A DNA stretch of 20,000 nt. Source: Halocafeteria seosinensis (taxonomy: Eukaryota). The stretch is from assembly GCA_001687465.1 (NCBI GenBank), contig LVLI01000290.1, forward strand, positions 44,645 through 64,644, in the 5' to 3' direction. Made by a program: the position numbers and the translations under genes. Below, in pieces: positions 14,520 to 20,000 of the stretch (its first letter is position 1; each line of letters opens with the position of its first letter). The notes under the pieces are model-generated. The model ran no database searches and was not told the origin of the DNA. It saw nothing but the letters and a program-made list of their open reading frames with translations.

Positions 14520-15836
14520 ATGGCGGACATAGATCCAGGGCATCTATCAGGAGCCAGCCGCCTCCTGTATCTGTATTTTCACTGGTATATGAACACCGGC
14601 CAGAGGAAATATGTACCACTACAAGACGAAATTCAGTATTGGAAAGAGATACTCCCTTCGGAATTCGGCAGGCTGCATACATATCCTTGGCCTCGCTGTC
14701 AAGTGGTGTCGAGCGCCACGAATAGTGCCGTTTTGGAAGCAATCCGACCATATCCTAATTTCGAAGGACATCTTCGTTTGGTCCACGCCGCATACTGTGG
14801 AGGAAGCACAACTGATACTGGAATAAGTGGGGCATGGGACCACGGAGAGGAGATGACCCCGGACACGGAGCTGGCTAGAAATCGCTACTCCATTACCGAC
14901 GAGGTATTTCGTCATTTCCCGTCTATTGGGTGCTTAACACTCGTCGAGGGTGGTTTATCCCCAATCTCAGATGCCGCATTCGAGCATCTTTCCAGGCTGA
15001 CATATATGTCCATGAGCGATTGTGACACTCCGGAAATAACGGATTACGCATTTGAACACTTGCCTCATTTAAAATGTTTGGAACTCGATAAATGCACCCA
15101 AAGTACCATCACAGACGCGGCATTTAAACCTTTATCCGCACTAAGGTCTTTAACGTTGTCAAGGTGCACTCAGTCAACGATCACTGACGGAGCCTCCGAG
15201 TACCTGCTTCAGTTAACTTCGCTGACGCTGAGGGCACAACCGACAATTACCGATACGACGCTTCATAATCTTCGTTCTCTCAAGAGGCTGGACATGTTTG
15301 GTTGTTCGCAGACCACTATTACAGATGCTGGTTTTGAACATCTGTCACGTCTAGAGTACTTGAGTATTGTGGGTTGTAACCAGTCAACGATCTCGGATAA
15401 TGCGTTTCGGCACTTGTCCAACTTGAGATTCTTAGATATGACTGGCGCAACGCAATCAGCAATTAGCGATAAGGCATTTGAGCATTTGCTTAAGCTACAA
15501 ACGTTGAAGATGCAGTTCTGTGAACAATCCACCATCACGGATGCAGCCTTCACCCACTTCTCGCACTTACAGTCGTTGAGCATGAGTTCGTGCGATCAAT
15601 CAACCATCACAGATGAAGCTTTTCGGCATTTATCGAGCTTGACTTATCTAGACATGAGTAAATGCAATCAGCCAACCATCACGGATAATGCATTCCGGCA
15701 TTTGCATCAAGTGAAGTCTTTGAACATGGGGTTTTGCTCTCAAACAACGATAACAGATGCGGCTAAAACGCATCTGTCAAAGGTACGAAGCTTGGTTGAT
15801 TGGCCAAAGTCTGCGGCATTCAGTTTTGGATTCTAG
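14520..15836 (+). CDS. Intronless leucine-rich repeat protein (about 13 cysteine-containing 24-aa LRRs)
   Basis: Single ORF from ATG 14520 (in frame with track ORF 14427-15836). Tandem repeat ITDxAFxHLxxLxxLxMxxCxQxT occurs about 12 times plus one partial copy, after a ~120-aa non-repetitive N-terminus. Confidence 0.88.
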   Translation: MADIDPGHLSGASRLLYLYFHWYMNTGQRKYVPLQDEIQYWKEILPSEFGRLHTYPWPRCQVVSSATNSAVLEAIRPYPNFEGHLRLVHAAYCGGSTTDTGISGAWDHGEEMTPDTELARNRYSITDEVFRHFPSIGCLTLVEGGLSPISDAAFEHLSRLTYMSMSDCDTPEITDYAFEHLPHLKCLELDKCTQSTITDAAFKPLSALRSLTLSRCTQSTITDGASEYLLQLTSLTLRAQPTITDTTLHNLRSLKRLDMFGCSQTTITDAGFEHLSRLEYLSIVGCNQSTISDNAFRHLSNLRFLDMTGATQSAISDKAFEHLLKLQTLKMQFCEQSTITDAAFTHFSHLQSLSMSSCDQSTITDEAFRHLSSLTYLDMSKCNQPTITDNAFRHLHQVKSLNMGFCSQTTITDAAKTHLSKVRSLVDWPKSAAFSFGF

Positions 15837-15854
15837 GTCCTGTGGCATCATAAT

Positions 15855-16434
15855 GGGACAGATCTGTGACGATTTTTTAGAGGTGTGGCCGAAAAATCTT
15901 TTCTTCTGCATCAGAATGGCCGACAAATGCTCCTATTTTTCAAATGTAGCCGGATCCGGTAGTTTGCTTTTTCAAAATGGTCAGATACGGGACATACAGT
16001 TTGTGAAATAGACAAAGTATGCTTAAATATTTTTAAATATGAACCAAAGACGTTTCGTCATCCCAAAAATGACCCACTTGTTGCCGCACAATATATCCAA
16101 TGTCAATGTGTGTTAAGCTGATACTGCGTACTGGTAATTGGTGCGCAGAAAGTATATTTACAGTATTCATAAAAACAGGAAAATGACTTGTGAATGGACA
16201 TGCAGAGTTAGCGGTTCTCGCAATATTTATGCGGAACTCATTGTCGTCAATCTTCCTGCTGCCGACGCGCTGATATTTGACGCGGCCCTACGAGGGTGCA
16301 ACGGGCACGATGTATTCCTCTTGTTATGCCCAAATTGTTTGCACTTTGAGCACTTAGTGGCCCTGCGCATTGTTTGCTCATCAATTCCTCGAAACCGTTC
16401 ATGGTTTCGTGCGCGCCCAGGCCCACCCGGAGCT
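15855..16434 (-). mobile_element. Probable Mutator-like (MULE) DNA transposon remnant: terminal region plus 3' end of transposase
   Basis: The minus-strand frame 16434-16227 reads PGGPGRARNHERFRGIDEQTMRRATKCSKCKQFGHNKRNTSCP. This resembles the PGRP..R...E....KCSxCxxxGHNxRTC zinc-knuckle tail typical of MULE transposases. 15855-16075 is AT-rich with repeated TGGCCGA(A/C)AAAT and TTTTTCAAA(A)TG motifs, as in a TIR. No DDE or SWIM domain and no partner TIR are visible. The outer boundary is a guess. Confidence 0.55.
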
Positions 16435-17371
16435 AATGAGGAGGATAATTCTCTCATACGAACCTTCTGGAGCTATTCCCGGTCGGGGCGTGTGGTTATC
16501 AATGCGTGCGCAGACGATTACAAGGAACTTACTTTTGCAGTGTGCAAATTTTGCGAATTGCTGTCTCCTTCAACTAGGGAACTCCCAAGCTCCGGGTGGT
16601 CTGTAGAACCTTGTGCTCGTCGTTGTCGAGTCTTTCCTCAGCACGGCTACCTCGTACCTGCAAGTGACACCGAACATGGTACTCTTCACGACTGTCCGCA
16701 TGTAGTATATGGTTATTTTACATGCGTGGAGCCTAGCTGGATAAGTTCCCCACATGCCCGGAAGCACAACATAAATCCTCATGAAACTCCGTTTGGTTTG
16801 CATCAGGGTCCGTACATAAATAGTGAACTGAGTATGTCCGCCGACATTGTCCGATACATGTATAGCATTTCGCGTGAGACTGGAGCCCTGGACGGTCAGG
16901 TTTCCAACTACGGAAGGAGGGGATGCTTGCAATAGCGTAGAGAGACACCTCCTGAAGGGCCTAAGGGTACACATTTTCTGTCAGATTCTTCGGACAGTGA
17001 AGACAATGAGCAGCGAAGCATGGAAAAAGATGGAAAGTGGGAGGTTGGAACCGAAAGCTGTCTCAGCTACTTCTTCGACGACATCAACTGCTACTTCGGT
17101 GAACATTATTCCGGATCCTCTACGGTCCACAAGTAAGGATGGCTAAGCACCACCGCAGCAAATCGCTGTCCGTGTCACACGCACATTCTACTTTGATGAC
17201 TCTAACAGGTACCGAACACCGGTCGGGATATGAACGGGGGACGTCGGATTCGCACAGTGGAACAATAAGGAAGGTTTCAAGTACTTTAATCTGGGCTATG
17301 ATGACGAAAATGAGGTGGACGGAATCTCTGGGGAGCCCCCTCCCGCGTCAGGTGGAGGCTTACGTAGGTAA
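16435..17371 (+). pseudogene. Unidentified spliced gene fragment with two in-frame stops
   Basis: The frame of track ORF 16138-16935 continues past TAG 16933 (RRETPPEGP...GTESCLSYFFDDINCYFGEHYSGSSTVHK). It crosses a host-like 76-nt intron (17133-17208, GTAAGG...CTAACAG) and resumes as YRTPVGI*TGDVGFAQWNNKEGFKYFNLGY..., ending at TAA 17369-17371. I do not recognise the family. Confidence 0.55.
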
Positions 17372-17699
17372 GTATTGTTAGATGTAAACTTGTACTTTAT
17401 TTATTCTCCGTCCTCTTCCTTCTGTTATTATCATTTGTCTTTTTTATTTGGTGCCCTGGGGGTCATTTATCTCATCGTAATCTATCGGCCGAAGCACTGA
17501 TACTGTACATGTGTCAAACGCCCAACCGAAGTGTCTCTCCGTTCAATACCCTGAGCCTACCCGAATTCTGGACATTCTAGAGGACTGTGATTTCGTAACC
17601 ATCAGAGGCAGAGTGGGGCGCTTCGTGCTCACCTAGATTGTGGTGCTTTGCCCAGCACTCGTACTTGTGCGAACGTGTTGAGCGGCGAAAAAGGGCGCA

Positions 17700-18959
17700 A
17701 TGAATATCCCGCTGCAGGCGGAAGGCGCGCAAATGGACGGTGCCGTCCGCGCTGCGTACCAATGTTGCTTCTGCCCTGGCTCCTGGCCAACGGGCCAACT
17801 GCTAGTTGACCACCTGCGCCAGAACCATCCTGATCGAATTGGCTCGCTTTCCCCAGCCTTCCTACTGGCAAACAACCTACGCAGAGAGGGGGAGCATGTT
17901 TTTGGCGCGCGCCAGCGGGCTCCAACGCCAGCCACCATACACCTGGACCCTTTAGCAGCCTGAAGGCAAGATCGAACAGCTTCCAAGTGGACTGAAGTCT
18001 CCGAATACCTTCAGTCCTTCCAGGACCACAGGGAATACCTGCATTCGAAGGCGTCGCAGAAGGAGCAAGTCATGTTTTGGCTCCGGAACGGTGACCTGGG
18101 GAAGGCCGTCAAAGCTGTCCGGCCTGCGAACGCTCCTGAAGGCTCGGAGGAGGAAATCTTGGACCGACTGAAGGTTCTTCACCCTGTCGGAGAGCCATTA
18201 GACCCACTCCCCTTCAACATGGGTGCACAAGTGCAGCTAACGGAGCAACAACTACGTCTCGCCATCAACAAAGGCAAGCCATCTTCCTCGCCCGGTCCTT
18301 CTGGCATCACGTACCCTTAGCTCCGGCAGCTCACAGCGAGCAAAGCTGGAATGTCCTGGGTTCTTGATCTGGTGAATTCAATCCTAAGAGGTGAGTCGCA
18401 TCCTGACAACAAGGAACTCAGAGACGCCAAACTAGTCGCACTAGGCAAGCCCGATGGTTCCGTGCGCCCAATAGCAATCGGTGAGACCTTATACAGAGCC
18501 ATGAACCGCGCGGCCCTGAGCAAGGTGATGGAGCAGTGCCGGGAAGTCCTTGCCCCTTTGCAGCTAGGAGTTGGCTTCAGCAATGGATGCGATTACATTA
18601 TCCACTCCATCCGCCATCGCCTGGACCACAACCCCCAGGACACGCTTCTCAGCGTGGACTGCTCCAACGCGTTTAACTGCATTAAGAGGGAGAAGGTACT
18701 GGATGCGGTCCACCAGAAAGTTCCTGCACTCATGGGGCTCGCTGCTTGGGCATATGGTTCCCCATCTACACTCACGTGGAACGGAAACAGCGTCACGAGC
18801 AGTTCTGGAACAAAACAAGGCTGCCCTATCGGAGGCAACCTATTTTGCCTCGGTTTGCAGGATGTCCTCGAGGATGTCCAACAAACGTGGCCCGCCATCG
18901 CACTCTTTGCATATATGGATGACATTCACATAGTTGGACCCAACGATGACTGTCTTGAG
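17700..18959 (+). pseudogene. Retrotransposon ORF, 5' part: C2H2 zinc finger and RT motifs 0-5
   Basis: Track ORFs starting at 17700, 18072 and 18351 share one frame, broken by TGA 17961 and TAG 18318. Motifs: CCFCPGSWPTGQLLVDHLRQNH, SSPGPSG, LVALGKPDGSVRPIAIGETLYR, LAPLQLGVG, VDCSNAFN, GTKQGCPIG..LFCL, AYMDDI. Confidence 0.9.
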
Positions 18960-19253
18960 GGATCCGAGAAGGAGCGTCATATAGCATTGCGGGGGTAATC
19001 CAAGATTACCTAGGTCTCCACACAGGGTCATGGTGTCTTCGAAGTCCTTCCGGACGTGATTGGAGCAGAAGTTAACGCCTCCAATAGGCGCTCCCAGAAC
19101 AACCAGTCCTGTGTCATCACCCCTCACAGCAACGGAGCTTAGTGAGTTTTGCCAGGCCTCTTCCTCGGGGATTCCTCCAACTAGGGCCTTGCACTTGGCC
19201 CTGTTGACCGACAGCCCGACTTGCTCCAGGAGGTCGCACAGCTTGCCAAATGC
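18960..19253 (-). pseudogene. Inverted segment of the retrotransposon RT (motifs 6-7)
   Basis: The minus strand reads AFGKLCDLLEQVGLSVNRAKCKALVGG...GLVVLGAPIGGVNFC...LGLPPQCYMTLLLGS. These are the GLxVNxxKC and LGxPIG motifs that should directly follow YMDD on the plus strand. Confidence 0.88.
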
Positions 19254-20000
19254 TGCGAGTGCTAGATTCAGCCAAGTTTGCCCTTAATTACACTGACACG
19301 GATGTGTATGGACTCTCCGTGGATAGTCCCCAGCCTCCCCACTGGCTTCGGGCAATTCACGCCGACGTGGTGAACGCTCTAGGGGAGGCGGACGCAGGGT
19401 GGCTCAAACTTTGGGCTCTCAAGGAACCCTTGCAAAAGTATCTGACCAACAAAGTGACTGTTCGAACGCATTCAGCCCTGTGCGGGGCCATCCATCCAGA
19501 TTCCGCGGAAGCCCGACGGCTAACCCTGGTGAGGGATAAGGGAGCAGGAAATTGGCTCACTGCCCCGCCCAAAAAAGGCGATGTTCTATCTACGCACCAA
19601 TTTGCGTTTGGCCTGAGGCTCAGGTTGGGTCTAGCTCAAACCAGTGCCCTACCCCCGGCCTCCAGAACGTTCTGCCCATGTACACAGGAGCTGGTCACAC
19701 CCACTCTAGAACTTGCGCTGGCTTGCTTCATGGGTCCAATGGCCTTCCTGCGCACCGATAGACATCACGCGATTCGGGATAAGCTCTTCGAATGGATGAG
19801 AGGACATGGCCTACAGGTGGAACGGGAAGTGCCCCTGAGAAGAGTACTCAATGAGGTCAACAATGCACCTGAACCTAGGCCTAAGGTGATGGACCTAGTC
19901 TTCATACTGAATAATGAGCTTACATGGTCTGATGTCACAGTGGTAAATGGAAACACCGAAGCCAAAAGAGCCAGCGGGGAACAGCACCCGGCAGATGCAG
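19253..20000 (+). pseudogene. Retrotransposon ORF, 3' part: linker, zinc knuckle and restriction-like endonuclease (open to window end)
   Basis: Stop-free frame from 19253 to 20000, absent from the ORF track because it has no stop. It reads LQKYLT, ARRL...GAGNWLTAPP, FAFGLRLRLG, CPC...ELALAC, RHHAIRDKL, VEREV, KVMDLV, WSDVTV. Confidence 0.88.

Larger units (their letters stand above)
17577..20000 (+). mobile_element. Decayed non-LTR retrotransposon, CRE/SLACS/Cnl1-like clade (single ORF, RT plus C-terminal restriction-like endonuclease); runs off the window
   Basis: Domain order is an N-terminal C2H2 finger, an RT and a C-terminal zinc knuckle plus REL nuclease. The 5' boundary is approximate and no TSD can be seen. 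Confidence 0.88.

Noticed and set aside
14890..15790. CRISPR-like or satellite array (72-bp periodicity)
   Set aside because: The periodicity is explained by the protein-coding LRRs with synonymous divergence; there is no repeat-spacer structure.
16138..16935. 265-aa plus-strand ORF as one genuine gene
   Set aside because: It starts at TTG and its first ~100 codons are the antisense of the MULE-like tail. The frame also continues past its stop, so it looks chimeric.
16115..17510. CTGATACTG near 16118 and 17497 as a target-site duplication
   Set aside because: It does not flank recognisable element ends, and the same 9-mer also occurs near 14812.
17440..17575. Second MULE TIR, a tRNA-like B-box (GTTCAATAC) or a hammerhead core
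   Set aside because: Only a 9-bp inverted match (GGGTCATTT) to the left terminal region, no cloverleaf, and no CTGATGA...GAAA core.
16933..18320. Stop-codon reassignment or readthrough explaining the in-frame TAG/TGA codons
   Set aside because: Conserved genes in the window end at TGA, TAG and TAA and contain no internal stops. The retroelement is also broken by an inversion, so decay is the simpler explanation.

Overview
Compact eukaryotic (protist-like, probably flagellated) nuclear DNA with short GT-AG introns of 57-110 nt, mostly 61-75 nt. Positions ~0.5-13.9 kb hold seven tightly packed, spliced conserved genes: PIG-U (-), a TEX47/BLUF-like protein (+), TMEM41/DedA (-), an ER thioredoxin/PDI-type protein ending in KEEL (-), TMEM62 (+), a two-domain glyoxalase I (+) and a KDM4-type JmjN/JmjC demethylase (-). 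From ~14 kb the window becomes accessory. It contains an intronless 24-aa LRR gene, a probable Mutator-like transposon end fused to an unidentified spliced pseudogene, and a decayed CRE-clade (restriction-like endonuclease) non-LTR retrotransposon that runs off the window. The retrotransposon has a ~290-bp internal inversion of RT motifs 6-7 with an apparent deletion of the thumb region. Exon coordinates were derived by hand from splice signals and family motifs. No database searches were run. I found no clear evidence of a wholly new system; the most unusual material is the rearranged transposon cluster at 15.85-20 kb.
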